From Naegleria gruberi (lineage: Eukaryota): a stretch of DNA of 64,000 bases. The notes under the pieces are model-generated. The model was not told the DNA's origin. It saw only the letters and a program-made list of their open reading frames with translations, and ran no database searches. The stretch lies in NCBI GenBank assembly GCA_000004985.1, contig GG738878.1. One strand, 5' to 3'. Positions 1 through 11,894 of this stretch are shown here, piece after piece. Position numbers and translations under genes: made by a program. Each line of letters begins with the position of its first letter. Positions within the stretch are counted from its first letter, which is position 1.

Positions 1-262
1 TTAATATGTAATATTGAGTTGTTCCGTATGGATTTTCCATCAGTAATGAAATTTGCACTCCTAAATTTTCAACAGAATGAGTTGGATTATTGTCGGAATC
101 ATGATTCAAGGAGGATGGAAGTGGTTTTGTAGTCAAATCAAACCATTCAATTTTTCTCTCATCACGAAATTTACGATAATCCCAATATTCAATGGTCTGA
201 TCCTCTCGGATCTCCTCAAAGAGTTTGAGAAGGGAAGGGTCTAGCTGTTGATGTTGAGACAT
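1..262 (-). CDS. hypothetical protein, 5' part; the ORF runs off the window start
   Basis: The ATG is the reverse complement of 260-262. The frame stays open to position 1 without a stop (MSQHQQLDPSLLKLFEEIREDQTIEYWDYRKF...), and codon usage looks like coding sequence. The ORF track omits it because it is partial. I see no recognisable domain. Confidence 0.35.
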   Translation of the reverse strand, partial: MSQHQQLDPSLLKLFEEIREDQTIEYWDYRKFRDERKIEWFDLTTKPLPSSLNHDSDNNPTHSVENLGVQISLLMENPYGTTQYYIL

Positions 263-353
263 TTTTTTTGAAATGTTTGAAAAAGTTCATTTTACTGTTA
301 GGTCTATAAAGTAAATTGAAATTTTACAATTTGAAAAAAGTTTACAATAGTGT

Positions 354-2096
354 TTAATAACTTTCATTCATACGAATGGTTTCGAATCGTTTAATATTCC
401 ACAACCATCCCTTTCCAATATCTCCAATATCATTTTGAAAAATATCTAAAAATCTCAAACTTTTCAATTCTGTTGTCCGACAAATATATTCAACACCAAT
501 GAAGGATATTTGATTATCGCTTATATTAAGCTCTGACACATTATTGAGGTTTGTACTTTGTGCAAGGTATCTGACTCCTTCATCTGAAATTTTACATTTT
601 TGTAAAATGAGTTTTCTTAATTTGGAAAAGTTTTCATTCCTTGCAATGTGGAAAGCACCTTCTTTACCAATTGGATTACCAGATAATCTTATTACCGTTA
701 AATTAATCAAGTATTGGCTTTTACATAGAAAACTGCATCCTAAACTCGTAATTTCTGTCAATCGATAATCAAGACTTGTAAGGTTCACTAAGGTTGGAGC
801 ATTTGCAACTCTTTGACATCCATAATCACCTTCCTCATATATTCCCAGATATTTAACTTTTCCCATATTGTTTCCATTTAAAATTAGTTCGCAGAGTTCG
901 TCATTGATATGATGTAAGCAAATGTCAAGTTCGGTCAACTTGGAAAAATTGGTGCTTGACATTAATGATGTGAGACCTTCTTGAGTTAAATTATTGTAAT
1001 TGAGGGCAATAGACCGTAAGTTTCCAATAAATTCACTTTCAGCAATACACTTGACGGCTGGATCAGTAATTCCAATTTTACAAATATTCAATTTTACCAA
1101 ATTCTGAAAGGCAGGATTTCTTGCCATCTCAATAATTGGATCATTTCCAATTTCCACATTCCTGCTCAGAAACAAATTCTTCAAATTAGTGAAATTTTGA
1201 CTTGTTGCAAATGACATCATGCCATCAAAACCAATTTCACAATCGCATGCATTCAGAAGAGTTAAATTGGGCATTTTCTTACATTTTGCAATCGATCGCA
1301 TGCCTTCATCACCAATTTTTGTTTTTTCTACAAACAAATTTGTCAAGTTTTTGAAATTCTCTGAACTGCACAGAAAATTCATTCCAATTTTGGTAATGGC
1401 ACTTTGGCTAACATCCAAATGAGTTAATTTTGTTAAACATGGACTATTGGCAAGATGATTCATTCCTTCATCTGTAAAATCGTTGTATCCAATATCCAAA
1501 TATGTTAAATTTTTTAAATTTTCACAAATGGAAATTGATAAAATTCCCTTATCAGTAATGTAATTTCCATTCAAGTTTAAACTTGTTAAACTGTTAGTGA
1601 TATCTTCAACTATGAAAGTTTCCAAACTGTAGTCTTGAATTCGGTTCAATGGAATGTTCAGCGAACGTAGGTTTCGAATATGAGAATTGGACGAAATCAA
1701 ACGTATTCCACTATCTTCCAATCTTGATTCGTCTCTGAATTGACACGAAAAATCCAATTCTGTAATATTTGGAATAAATCTCGATTCTGAACTTGCCATT
1801 TTCTTTAGAATCGAATAAGCGCTTGTTGAACTCTTAATTTTATAGCTCAATTTGACGTGTTGCAGACTTTCGTATAACCATTGCTTGGAGATTAATGCAC
1901 AGGTGGTTAGAATAAACTTGAGATCGAGGAAGGTCATGATTTGATAGCAAATATCATCTGGAATATCGAGATGATTGAATTTAGTTTGAAGTTTCTTTCG
2001 TATAAAAAAGTTTGGACATGATTGGGGACTTGATGTGGAATATGGTGTTGAAATTGAAGAAACATCTAAGGTGTAAATTGGATAGGCAATCCTCAT
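354..2096 (-). CDS. F-box / leucine-rich-repeat protein (FBXL-like)
   Basis: A 580-aa intact ORF. The N-terminus has an F-box-like motif (LDIPDDICYQIMTFLDLKFILTTCALISKQWLYESL). It is followed by many LxxLxLxxN/C leucine-rich repeats (LTSLNLNGNYITDKG, LTYLDIGYNDFTDEG, ...). Confidence 0.8.
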   Translation of the reverse strand: MRIAYPIYTLDVSSISTPYSTSSPQSCPNFFIRKKLQTKFNHLDIPDDICYQIMTFLDLKFILTTCALISKQWLYESLQHVKLSYKIKSSTSAYSILKKMASSESRFIPNITELDFSCQFRDESRLEDSGIRLISSNSHIRNLRSLNIPLNRIQDYSLETFIVEDITNSLTSLNLNGNYITDKGILSISICENLKNLTYLDIGYNDFTDEGMNHLANSPCLTKLTHLDVSQSAITKIGMNFLCSSENFKNLTNLFVEKTKIGDEGMRSIAKCKKMPNLTLLNACDCEIGFDGMMSFATSQNFTNLKNLFLSRNVEIGNDPIIEMARNPAFQNLVKLNICKIGITDPAVKCIAESEFIGNLRSIALNYNNLTQEGLTSLMSSTNFSKLTELDICLHHINDELCELILNGNNMGKVKYLGIYEEGDYGCQRVANAPTLVNLTSLDYRLTEITSLGCSFLCKSQYLINLTVIRLSGNPIGKEGAFHIARNENFSKLRKLILQKCKISDEGVRYLAQSTNLNNVSELNISDNQISFIGVEYICRTTELKSLRFLDIFQNDIGDIGKGWLWNIKRFETIRMNESY

Positions 2097-2375
2097 TGTA
2101 TTTGTTGATATAATTTTTTTTAAAAACTAACTGGTTATATTTAGTAGGTAGTTTTTATTCGAAAGTTCATAACCATAGAACAATGAACTTCAAGTTACAA
2201 TTCAATTAATTTCTCAGTTTTCAAAACATCAAATGTTATTTCAATTTTGGTCGCATCTAAACGAAACCCAGAACGAAATTCGAAATTCTATTGAGAGAAT
2301 AAATAAATATTAAAAAATTCAACAATAGTTTCAGATAACAACAATTTGAATTTATCCTTTAGTATTTGAATTGAT

Positions 2376-3710
2376 TTATCCTGAAGCACCCTTCAAACCA
2401 CTTTCCAAATGATCAGCTTCACGATTTCTTCTAGTAGAATATTTATCACCAAAGTTTCTCAAATTATTAACCATTCCCTTATAATCATTCTTAGTCAATT
2501 GACCAAAAAATCCAGGAGTGGCCTTCTTAATACTTCCATATTGATGTTGGACACTGTAAGCAACTGATTGGACAGATGATGGCAAATCCTTGAAATTCTT
2601 GACAGCATTTGGATTTTTGGCAGCAGCTGCTTCATAATCTTTGGCCAAGGAGGCAAGTGACTTGTCCATAACTGCCTTATCAATGGCTTTAGCTTCAGCA
2701 GGTGATAGGGATAATGGATTCTTTGATAGGAAATTCTTGGCAGCTTGTTGTTTCAAACCAGTATATGGAGAAAGTTTATCGACTAAACTAGGTGAAAGTC
2801 CAAGAGATTTCAAACCCTTAACATTTTGTTGTCCAATATCGAAACCAGTACCAACAGTAACACCTGATTTACCAACGACAGTACCTGACTTGGATTGTGG
2901 AACGTAACCCTTAGTAGAGAATGCTTCATTCTTAGTAAGTAAACCCTTATCAATCTTGTAACCAGAAACAGTTGCAACAGAAGCAGCAGCAGGTTGTTGA
3001 GCTAGAGCTCTATTTTTGACAGATGTTTGAATGGCAGCAGCTGTCAACTTTCCAGTGACTGCAGGTTGAGCAGCAAAAGCAGCATTAAAACGAGCAGTTA
3101 ATGAATTGACACGTGGACCCTTAACATTCACAGCAGCAGCCTTAGCCATAGCAGAGAATGCCTTTGCCATATTTGGACCAACTAATCCAGTAAATGCCTT
3201 ACTCAATGTAGGACTAACTTTTGAGAATTTACTGGTAATTGAGTTGGCTAATTTGGAAAGAGAAGCACGAGCTTGAGCTGCTTTGAGACCTGCAGTACGA
3301 GTTCTACCTGCCATTCTACCTGCAAGACCCTTATTTGATTTGGTTGATTTGGAAGATGGTCCAGATCGTCCAGTTTTACCTGATGATCTACCATTGGATT
3401 TACCACCACTGGATCTTCCATTGGATCTACCTGATCTACCTGATCTACCTGATTGACCACTGGATCTTCCACCTCTGGAACCTCCTCTGCTACCAGAGCT
3501 ACCTCCACGGCTACCACCACCTCTGGAACCACCAGAACCTCCACGACCACCACCAGAACCACCGCCACCGCCACCGCCACTGGAACCACCCTTGTAAGAA
3601 TCTGCCAATTCGACAATTTCTGCCAAGAAGGAAGAGGATGCGGAAACTGCAATGATGGACACGGAAAGAATGGCCAAACAACACAAGATTGTGAATGAGA
3701 GTTTCTTCAT
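2376..3710 (-). CDS. secreted protein with a Gly/Ser/Arg-rich low-complexity region and a C-terminal phage-type (GH24) lysozyme-like domain
   Basis: A 444-aa ORF with an N-terminal signal peptide (MKKLSFTILCCLAILSVSIIAVSA) and an (RGG/SGG)n tract. The last ~190 aa resemble lambdoid and P21-type phage lysozymes. Examples are E..GYVP...SGVTVGTGFDIG against EG.SYIPYKD.VGVWTVCHGHTG, and NDYKGMVNNLRNFG...STRRNREADH against GDIKGACDQLRRW...TRREIERE. It is a paralog of 12966-14267. Confidence 0.7.
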   Translation of the reverse strand: MKKLSFTILCCLAILSVSIIAVSASSSFLAEIVELADSYKGGSSGGGGGGGSGGGRGGSGGSRGGGSRGGSSGSRGGSRGGRSSGQSGRSGRSGRSNGRSSGGKSNGRSSGKTGRSGPSSKSTKSNKGLAGRMAGRTRTAGLKAAQARASLSKLANSITSKFSKVSPTLSKAFTGLVGPNMAKAFSAMAKAAAVNVKGPRVNSLTARFNAAFAAQPAVTGKLTAAAIQTSVKNRALAQQPAAASVATVSGYKIDKGLLTKNEAFSTKGYVPQSKSGTVVGKSGVTVGTGFDIGQQNVKGLKSLGLSPSLVDKLSPYTGLKQQAAKNFLSKNPLSLSPAEAKAIDKAVMDKSLASLAKDYEAAAAKNPNAVKNFKDLPSSVQSVAYSVQHQYGSIKKATPGFFGQLTKNDYKGMVNNLRNFGDKYSTRRNREADHLESGLKGASG

Positions 3711-4530
3711 TTCGTTTCGAATATTTTTTTTTAGATGATGAAAGAGTAACTAAATGTTTTTGAGAGTGGATTATTTTGCTGTTTGGTGGTTACTATAATG
3801 TACTCGCAGATTCCTTATTTGGATATTTTTGATTTGAAAGATAAAGTAAGATAATCAATACCGATTACAAAAAGTGAAAGATTACAATTGTAAAATATTG
3901 TAAATTGGGAGAAGGTGGAATAATTTCATTAAGATTTGTTTTATTGAGATTTTTTCAAGATATTTGTAATTTTTATTGTAAAGTGTGAAACTGTAGTGAG
4001 TTTAGTTTTCTGGATTAGAAATGAAAATTTGAAATAATGCAATGTTTCATCCATATTTATATTGTTTATTCGAAATTTATTCTCCTTGAAACTGAAAATT
4101 ATTCAAAGAAACAAAGTCATGAAACTAATCCAAACTGTAAATTGAAACTGTAAATAATTGACAAATATTACAAAAGCATCTCATATCGTATAATTCTTCA
4201 GTGATGAGGGTTGATAACATGACGACTGCAGAATGCTGCAATTTTCCAATGGTTTGCTTTGGAAATGTCATTTTTATTCGAAACCAGCGCTTTTATGGAC
4301 AAAAATGGAAAGAAACATATTTGCTTGTTGATTCATATGTTATTGGCAATGAGAGGAATACAGTCCTATCAAGAATTAGTTTCGTCCATCTTTCGAATAA
4401 CTAGGCTCAAAGATGACCGATATAAAGTGAGACTAATGCGAATTAATACGCCAATGAAAGAAACCATGTTTAAATGTACGATTCTTCATATTGAGATGCC
4501 CAATTCATATCAATTCACTCAACAAAAAGA

Positions 4531-5520
4531 ATGTCATCATCACTATTCGAAACCTCATCTGAAATGAAACATTCTTCCACTTTCCAACAAGAAGATTCCC
4601 AACACAACAACATGTACTATCTAAACAATACCTCAAAGACAATCCAAGAAGAACAACCTGAGGTTTTCAAATATTGGAAACATGTCAAGATTCTTCTCAA
4701 GAACATTTTTATCCTAATCTACTTTTTCTCATCGAGTTTAATAACAAAAATTGTTACCATGTACATGGCCATTCCAAATGTTAAGATTTCTCAAGCACCT
4801 GCTCACGACATTCTTCTTTCCAACTTGACGAAACCTATTCGAATCGCCTTTACTTTATCAGAAACTATCACTGGCTTACTCGTTGTTATTCTCATCACCT
4901 TGTCAATATTTAACAAAACTCATCGATTCTCCATCATGAGTAGGTTGCTATTCATCGTGGCGAGTATCATGAATTTGAGAGCTGTTTGTATTGCTGTTAC
5001 AACTTTCAGCGTTCCAACAATCGAATATTTGCAAACTTGTGGTCAATTGCAATCGTTGAAACCAGACGAAAGGTTTGTGAGGGCTGTTAATATTTTTGGG
5101 TTTAGTGGAGGAGAAACGTGTGGAGATTATGTTTTTTCAGGGCATGCAACTTCGTTGAGTGTGGTTTGTTGGTTTGTTTGGTATTATTCGAATAAGGAAT
5201 GGGTTGGAAGAATCTGGACGAATCTCTTGCTGATTATTTTGCATATTGTTGGATGTTTGGGAATATTGTTGGCCAAAGAACATTACACAGTTGATGTTTT
5301 ACTTGCTTGCACTATTTCTCTTCTGGTTTGTCAATTGTATCATTCGTATTTGAAAGTTGCTTCGCTTGAACCACATTCGAAAGGTTTATTCTTTTCAGTA
5401 ATGGAATTTGACTTGAGTGAAGAAACTGAAAATGTGTTCGACAGCTCGATATTTGGTTATCTTTACGAAAAAATTGATGGAAACAAAACTAATTTCGATC
5501 TAATCTCAGACAATGTATAA
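4531..5520 (+). CDS. sphingomyelin synthase-like / PAP2-superfamily phosphotransferase
   Basis: A 329-aa multi-TM ORF. It carries the SMS-family D3 and D4 motifs CGDYVFSGHATSL and HYTVDVLLACTISLLVCQLYH, with the catalytic His-His-Asp triad pattern. Confidence 0.7.
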   Translation: MSSSLFETSSEMKHSSTFQQEDSQHNNMYYLNNTSKTIQEEQPEVFKYWKHVKILLKNIFILIYFFSSSLITKIVTMYMAIPNVKISQAPAHDILLSNLTKPIRIAFTLSETITGLLVVILITLSIFNKTHRFSIMSRLLFIVASIMNLRAVCIAVTTFSVPTIEYLQTCGQLQSLKPDERFVRAVNIFGFSGGETCGDYVFSGHATSLSVVCWFVWYYSNKEWVGRIWTNLLLIILHIVGCLGILLAKEHYTVDVLLACTISLLVCQLYHSYLKVASLEPHSKGLFFSVMEFDLSEETENVFDSSIFGYLYEKIDGNKTNFDLISDNV

Positions 5521-5559
5521 TACTAAACTCATTTCTAATAAAATTTATCACTAGGTTTA

Positions 5560-8309
5560 TTAAACTTTCACCTCATCAAGCTCTTGATTCTTTGCAATTG
5601 AAGATGATTTCACATTCGCATACGAAAAATCTGATTTCTGCGTAACTTTCAAATAAACTTCTTCCAAAGTTGTTTGAGAAATTCCCCAATCTTTAATTCC
5701 TAAAGTTGAATTTTCCAAATCTGAGATTAAATCCGATAATTCTGCAAGTTGCTGCTTGGGAATGTTAAAGATAAAGTTTCCAGCACTTTCGCTTACAATA
5801 TTTACATTCGAAATTCGAGAGTTGACCATTGAAATAACATGTTGCTCGTGTCCAGTGTTGGCCACAACCATGAGATTGTAACCACTTCCATATTGGGCTT
5901 TGATTGAAAGTGAATTTCCAACACATTTCAGTTGACCATGAGCCATGATAGCAATCTTGTCAGATAAATAATCGGCTTCGTCCATGGCATGTGTGGTAAG
6001 AATCATGGCTCTTCCTTCTTTCATTTTGTGAATTAAATTCCATGCTTTCTTTCTTGAATATGGATCCTAATGAGGTGAATAAAGAAAACTAAAGTTGTGA
6101 ATAAACTTACCAAACCAGTGGTTGGCTCATCTAAGAGAACCAACTTTGGATTACCAATACAAGCAATACAAATGGATAATCTTCTCTTCATACCACCTGA
6201 ATAAGTCTTTGTCAAGTGATGGCCAACTTTTGACAAGTCAACCGATTCCAAAAAGTTGCTAACTTGTTCAGTTCTTTGTTTTCTTGGAACTCCTTTCAAA
6301 TCTCCAAACAATTCCAAATGCTCCTCAGCTGTCAAATCGTCCCACAAAATATCATGTTGTGGACACATTCCCAATTGCTTTCGAATATCTTCCATCGAAT
6401 CTCTCACATTCAATCCAGCAATGAAAGCTTCACCAGATGATTGCTGGAACAGCCCAGTCAAAATATTCATTGTGGTTGATTTACCAGCTCCATTATGGCC
6501 CAACAAACTAACACATTGATTATCTTGCACAATTAAATTCAAACCTTTGAGAGCTTTCTTCTCAGAGAAGAATTTTCTAAATTTGGCGGGAAGAATTTTC
6601 AAAGCAATTTTGGCCAAGAATGAAGAAAATGTTCTTCTCAGTGAGATGATTCTGACAATGGCATTCTGATTGAAATCACGTGCCTTGGAAAACTCATTCT
6701 TTATATCTTGAGTTTCCATTTGATGCATATCAGTTTCGTCATTTGCATCAAGTTTCGACTTGGATTTCCATCTATTAATTCCCCAATACGAAGGATATAA
6801 GAAGAAAATTGGTGACTTTCTAACACCATTTCCATCAGAAATTACATTATCACAATACCAATACAAGACGAGAAACAATAACCCATTAAGGAAAAGTGTT
6901 AAAATTCCCAACCACGAACCAGGAACATAATCGTAAGTGTTCTTTCCAATAAATAAATCTTCGATTGTGTAACCTGGACCAGTAACGTACTTTCTTTGTG
7001 TGGAATCGTAAACTGGCAATGCTTTTACAGCAATGTCAATGAAAACCTTGGCAAAGTTGAAAGGTGGATAGAAGGAGAAGATTACAACTATGAGAGGAGT
7101 GATGGAAGAGGAATAGAGCATGTAGACAATGTTACTATTCGAAACTGTCAAGTTCAAAATCTGAATCATGTTAATTTGAATGTGATGTTAATGAATAGTA
7201 CTTACAAAGGAAATTGCCAAAACTGTAAATCCCAAAACTAGAGCAGATTTCGATTCCTTGATAAAAGTTGATAATAGGAAAGCTAAACAAATCAAGGAAA
7301 ATGTGAAACTAAAGAATAATACATAAAGAACAATAAAGTCAGTATTCAAAAAGATTGAAATTTGAAAGATCATGCCACCAATCACATTGACCAATGAGAA
7401 AACGGCACAGATAATCAAGAATGTAATGAACCATGATAGGAAATAGGCAGATTCTTTCATTCCCATCATAATCATGGCAAATCTTAGACGAAACTCCTTC
7501 TCAACAACCAAACTATTCAATGAAATAATCAAGACAATCATGGCTCCAATACTAAAGAAGGTTGGTCCTGAATAATTGTACAATAAAACTTCTCCATTCT
7601 TACTTTGAGGAGGTTGTGGAAAACTCTTAAAGTCAACCTGAATTGAATTTCTAGAATCAGCAAGTTCTTGAGTTCTGCCCAAATCTTTCATTCTCAAATA
7701 AACAATGTTATTGTCAATTAGATTTTGTAAGGAGAGGAGTGGAGTTTTCAAATCCTCTCTAGTTCTATTATAGTACATGGTATATGAAATGGTATCAATG
7801 GTATCTAGTGGACCATTTGGAATGAATGAAATACCAAACATGGTTTGATTTTGATGAGTGTACATCCAATTTTCCATCTCACTTTTGGTTGTAAACATTT
7901 TGTAATCAGTGTCTTGTTTCAAATTGTAATCAGAAATTAACAATTCCATTACCTTCTCTCCAAATGAAATACCATTAGCAGAATAAACTAATTTGTAACA
8001 AGCTCTTCCACCATTCGGTTTGCATTCGTAAAATTTTAAAGCAATTCCATTGTCATACGATTGTTGAGTTGGCACTTGAATTCCCTTATGAATTAGCTCA
8101 ATTGGCTGATGAATTGCACTCTCACCTGAAAAGTTAGCTTGCAAAACCTCCTTCATGACCACCAAAATCACCAAAATAATAATGGGAGACAGCAATTGCA
8201 TTCCAGTAGATTTCCATCTTCTTGTATAGAGCAGGAAATTCTTCTTTAACAAAATGAGCGTTTGTTTCAACACCTCCAACAGATAATTCATAATAATAGT
8301 ATTGAACAA
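5560..8309 (-). CDS. half-size ABCA-family ABC transporter (TMD-NBD), three exons
   Basis: Exons on the minus strand are 8309..7206, 7160..6111 and 6066..5560. Introns are 7205..7161 (45 nt, GTAAGT..CAG) and 6110..6067 (44 nt, GTAAGT..TAG), both phase 0. The N-terminus is ABCA-type (LLKKNFLLYTRRWKSTG). The TMD contains EKEFRLRFAMIMMGMKESAYFLSWF. The NBD has Walker A LLGHNGAGKSTT, signature YSGGMKRRLS, Walker B LVLLDEPTTGLDPYSRK and an H-loop LTTHAMDEAD. Confidence 0.8.
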
Positions 8310-8593
8310 GAAAGTGTTGTTGAGACTTTTTTCTAATTGAGAGAGGAAGCATATGTTTCATTGGCACACGATTTTGAATGAGCTGTGATTCGTAGGTGCG
8401 AACTTGTGGCAGTTAGCTGAGCTGTAAATTAGTTGGAGGTGAGAAGATCCTCCTTTTCAAACAATGTTAGAGAACGGAGAGTGCGATTGGAAGAGTCTGT
8501 TTGAACTTGTTGATAAGGGAGAAGCGAATTTGTTATTATTGTTTTTCATTAATCATTAAAAAACAAAAGTAAATCTCCAACCAATTAGATCAT

Positions 8594-11500
8594 ATGAAAG
8601 AAACAAAGATTTTGGATGAGAATAGTGGTGGTGCTACTGCTACTACTACTGGCCAATCAGTGACAACTCCCATCGATTGTGATGATTTGTTAATGAAGAG
8701 TCGTGCTGGTAAGGAGTTGAATCAAGTGAGAGCATTGTTGTACAAATCATTGATGTTGCAAATGAAGCAATACAAGTAGGTTATTTCATTGTTAATATTA
8801 GTATTCATGTATATTGTATTTTGTTCAACAAATACAGGTCAAATATTTGTCAATTGATATTCCCAGTCATTTGTTTAATGTTCATTTACGTTTTACAAAT
8901 AGTTGCAAATAGATTGATTGCAGGATTCTTTACAGGCAATGAGGGAGCTGCAGCAGTTGTTAGAATCAACTCTACATCTGTTGAACTTTCTCAACTCATG
9001 TATCAAGCAAAGATGCAAGCTCAAAACTTGACATTTAATCCTCCAGAGTCCCTCTTTTTCACCTCTGATAAGAATGACTATTTGAATAGTATTGGATTTG
9101 GTACCATGTCCTCTAATCAGTCTGGATCTAGTGGTTTCTTGGCTAATTTTTCTCCATGGTCCAGAAGTTCAGTCATGATGTTAGTGAATGGTACCTTTGA
9201 TGAGAAGGGAATGATTTCAATTCCATACTCTGTAACCTCTGCTTTTGGTAATGAAAGTACTATGGATGAAGTCATCTATGATAGAATGGGTGCTGTGGGA
9301 AAACTGAAAACTTGGATGCTGTTGGTGCCTATATTGTAAGAAAGTTGGACACCTCTGGTATCAATTACACTGTACAATTTGATTACCATGAAAAGACTCA
9401 ATTCTTTGCTGAATTCCTCTCAAAATCACCACTCACCTATATTGTTACAAGTGCTAGAGATGCTATTAGTGTTTCTCTTCAGAATTGGATGAATGATGCC
9501 TTCCTGAAAAATCTTACTGGCTCTTTCAGAATTAGAACCTATACAGCTCAAATGACCTATGATACTCAATTAATTTCCTTCAGACTTTCTGACATGTTAG
9601 GTTCCTTCTTCTTTCCACTAATTCTTTCTCTATTATTACCAACATTTACCTTTACCATTGTTATGGAGAAGCAATACAAGTTGAGAGAAATGATGAAATT
9701 GATGGGTATGAAGATGAGATATTACTTTTTGGTAACTTATGTATTTTTCTATGCAATGTATGCCCTCTCTGCTATTTTGTTCATCATCTTTTCTATTGCC
9801 TTTGATTTTAGATTTATAACCCAGACACATCCATTAATGTTAAGTAAGTATTCATTGCTTTTTCACATATATTTAACCAGGATACTTTAGTTTTCTTCTT
9901 CCTGTTGTGGGGAAATGTATTGATTAGTTTTTCATTCCTATTATCTTCGTTCATTGGTAAGACAATTGTAGCTACTATTGTTTCCTACTTGTTTGTTCTG
10001 ATTGGACCAATGGTTGGTGTCCTTCTTGAACAAGCTCTCTATCCAAGTGCACCAGATGCAAGATATGGTCTCCTCTTATTGTTCCCTCTCCAAATTACTC
10101 ACTTTGTCTTTGCTGCAACCAATTCATGTAATAACAATGCATGTTTGACAGATGTGGCTGATATTGTAAATAATGTATCTGTCCTCAGCTCACTTCTTTA
10201 CATGTTGGGAGTTTCAGTGTTGTACTTCATATTGGGTCTGTACTTTGATGCCATTATTCCACAAACATTTGGTATAAGTAAACATCCATTGTTCTTCCTG
10301 GAGTGGATGTGGAGGCCGTGTATTAAACGTCGTCTGAAGAGAGCTAAAAAGCACACTGAAAGTAAGAATCAAGTCCAACCATTTGGAGATGAAGAAGGTG
10401 CTATTGATTACAATACCTCCGAAGTAATGGACAGTGATGTAGCTGAGGAGTTTAACAAGGTTAATCCAAGTAATATCACAGACAATGAAATGCAAGAGCA
10501 TGCTAGAAAATTGAAGGAAGAGCATGGTGTTGTCCTTTTCAATTTGGAAAAGAGTTTTGGAGGTAATAAGGCTGTTAAAGGTACCTGTCTCACTATTGGC
10601 AAATCTGAATGCTTTGGTTTGCTAGGTCTTAATGGAGCTGGTAAATCAACAACCATCTCAATGTTAGCAGGAATGTTTGGTCCAAGTTCTGGAACTGCAT
10701 TTGTGTGCGGTAAAGATATTAGATATGACATGGACAGTATCCATCAAGTAATGGGCTTGACAGCACAATTTGATATTTTGTATCCTGATTTGAGTTGTGA
10801 AGACCATTTACTCTTCTATTCCAGAATGAAGGGTGTGAAAATCAAGCACGAGAAGGAACACGTCCAATCTCTATTAAAACAAGTAGGTCTAGATAATGAA
10901 ACTCTCAAAGTGAGATTCTCTCCAGCATCCAGCTCACTTTCAGGAGGTATGAAGAGAAGATTATCCATTGCCATTTCACTAATTGGTGATCCGAAAGTAA
11001 TCCTACTCGATGAGCCAACCACTGGACTGGATCCACTCTCCAAGAGACACTTGTGGGATATCATTCTCGCTCAAAAGAAGAATAGAACTGTCATTTTGAC
11101 CACTCACTCCATGGAAGAAGCTGATGCCTTATGTGATCGAATGACCATCATGGTAAAAGGTTCTTTCAAATGCTTAGGTTCTGGTTTAAGATTGAAAAAC
11201 AAGTTCGGAGATGGCTATTTGATGACCATCAGTTACCAACCAGAGAACCAAAACATTGCCGAGAAGTATGTCTACGATTACGTACCAGAGGCTGTGAAGG
11301 ATCTGACTCTGAGTGGCATAACCATCTTCAAAATACCTCACCTTAATGCTCCTCATTCTCATCAAATAACAACAACAACAACAACAAATCAAAACAGCAG
11401 CATAAGCCATAATAATAATAGTAGTGGGGAAAAGAATAGAACATTGGCTGGTTTGTTTAAACATATGGAAAGTGGAAAGGATCATCACGGAATTGAAGAG

Positions 11501-11632
11501 TGGGCTTTAAATCAAGTTTCATTAGAACAAGTCTTTTTGAATATAATTTCGAGTGATGCAAAGAGAAATCCATTGAAGGATGAATCCAAGTGGAAGCGAT
11601 TAGCAACCATGTTCAAGCAATGTATCCATTGA
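8594..11632 (+). CDS. half-size ABCA-family ABC transporter (TMD-NBD), three exons, with an apparent frameshift
   Basis: Exons are 8594..8775, 8838..9843 and 9891..11632. Introns are 8776..8837 (62 nt, GTAGGT..CAG, phase 2) and 9844..9890 (47 nt, GTAAGT..TAG, phase 1). The N-terminus is LYKSLMLQMKQYK|SNICQLIFPV. The TMD motif is MEKQYKLREMMKLMGMKMRYYFL. The NBD has Walker A LLGLNGAGKSTT, signature LSGGMKRRLSIAIS, Walker B ILLDEPTTGLDP and TTHSMEEAD. The reading frame shifts between 9285 and 9340 inside A-runs. This is a sequencing indel or a pseudogene lesion. Confidence 0.75.
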
Positions 11633-11894
11633 GAGACCATTCTGTGCACTGTGTAAATAATAAAATTGTGCTCATCACATGATGTATTTTATTTTAAAAA
11701 ATAATTTTAATTAAAAAATGGAAATTTGGATTGGCGAATACTCCATCTTACATGGTGGTTGTAAAAACTATATCACAATATTATTACAATGACATGGCAC
11801 AATGTCCAATTTGCTTCCATTTTCACAAATCATATTTTATGCTTTTTCCGGTTGGCTTCCAATCAAACTCTAAAAAAAAAAATAACAAGACAAT

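Noticed and set aside
3248-3698. ORFs 3248-3652(-), 3335-3655(+) and 3453-3698(+) overlapping the lysozyme-like gene, and 13350-13751(-) and 13009-13296(+) overlapping its paralog
   Set aside because: They are alternative-frame or antisense readings of the Gly/Ser/Arg-rich and Ser/Thr-rich low-complexity coding tracts. The annotated frame carries the signal peptide and the conserved C-terminal domain.
4259-4567. A 102-aa ORF upstream of the SMS-like gene as a possible extra 5' exon
   Set aside because: It has no conserved motif, poor coding character and no consistent splice phase into the 4531 start. I treat it as upstream non-coding sequence.
8134-8367. A 77-aa ORF overlapping the 5' end of the minus-strand ABCA gene
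   Set aside because: It lies in a different frame from the ABCA N-terminus (LLKKNFLLYTRRWKSTG), which is the conserved one. It has no independent support.
9184-9284. A possible short intron (GTGAAT..ATAG or GTAACC..ATAG) to explain the ABCA(+) frame change near 9300
   Set aside because: Unlike the real introns in this window, the candidate interval is not AT-rich and reads as good coding sequence (VTSAFGNESTMDEVIYDR). A homopolymer indel is the more economical explanation.
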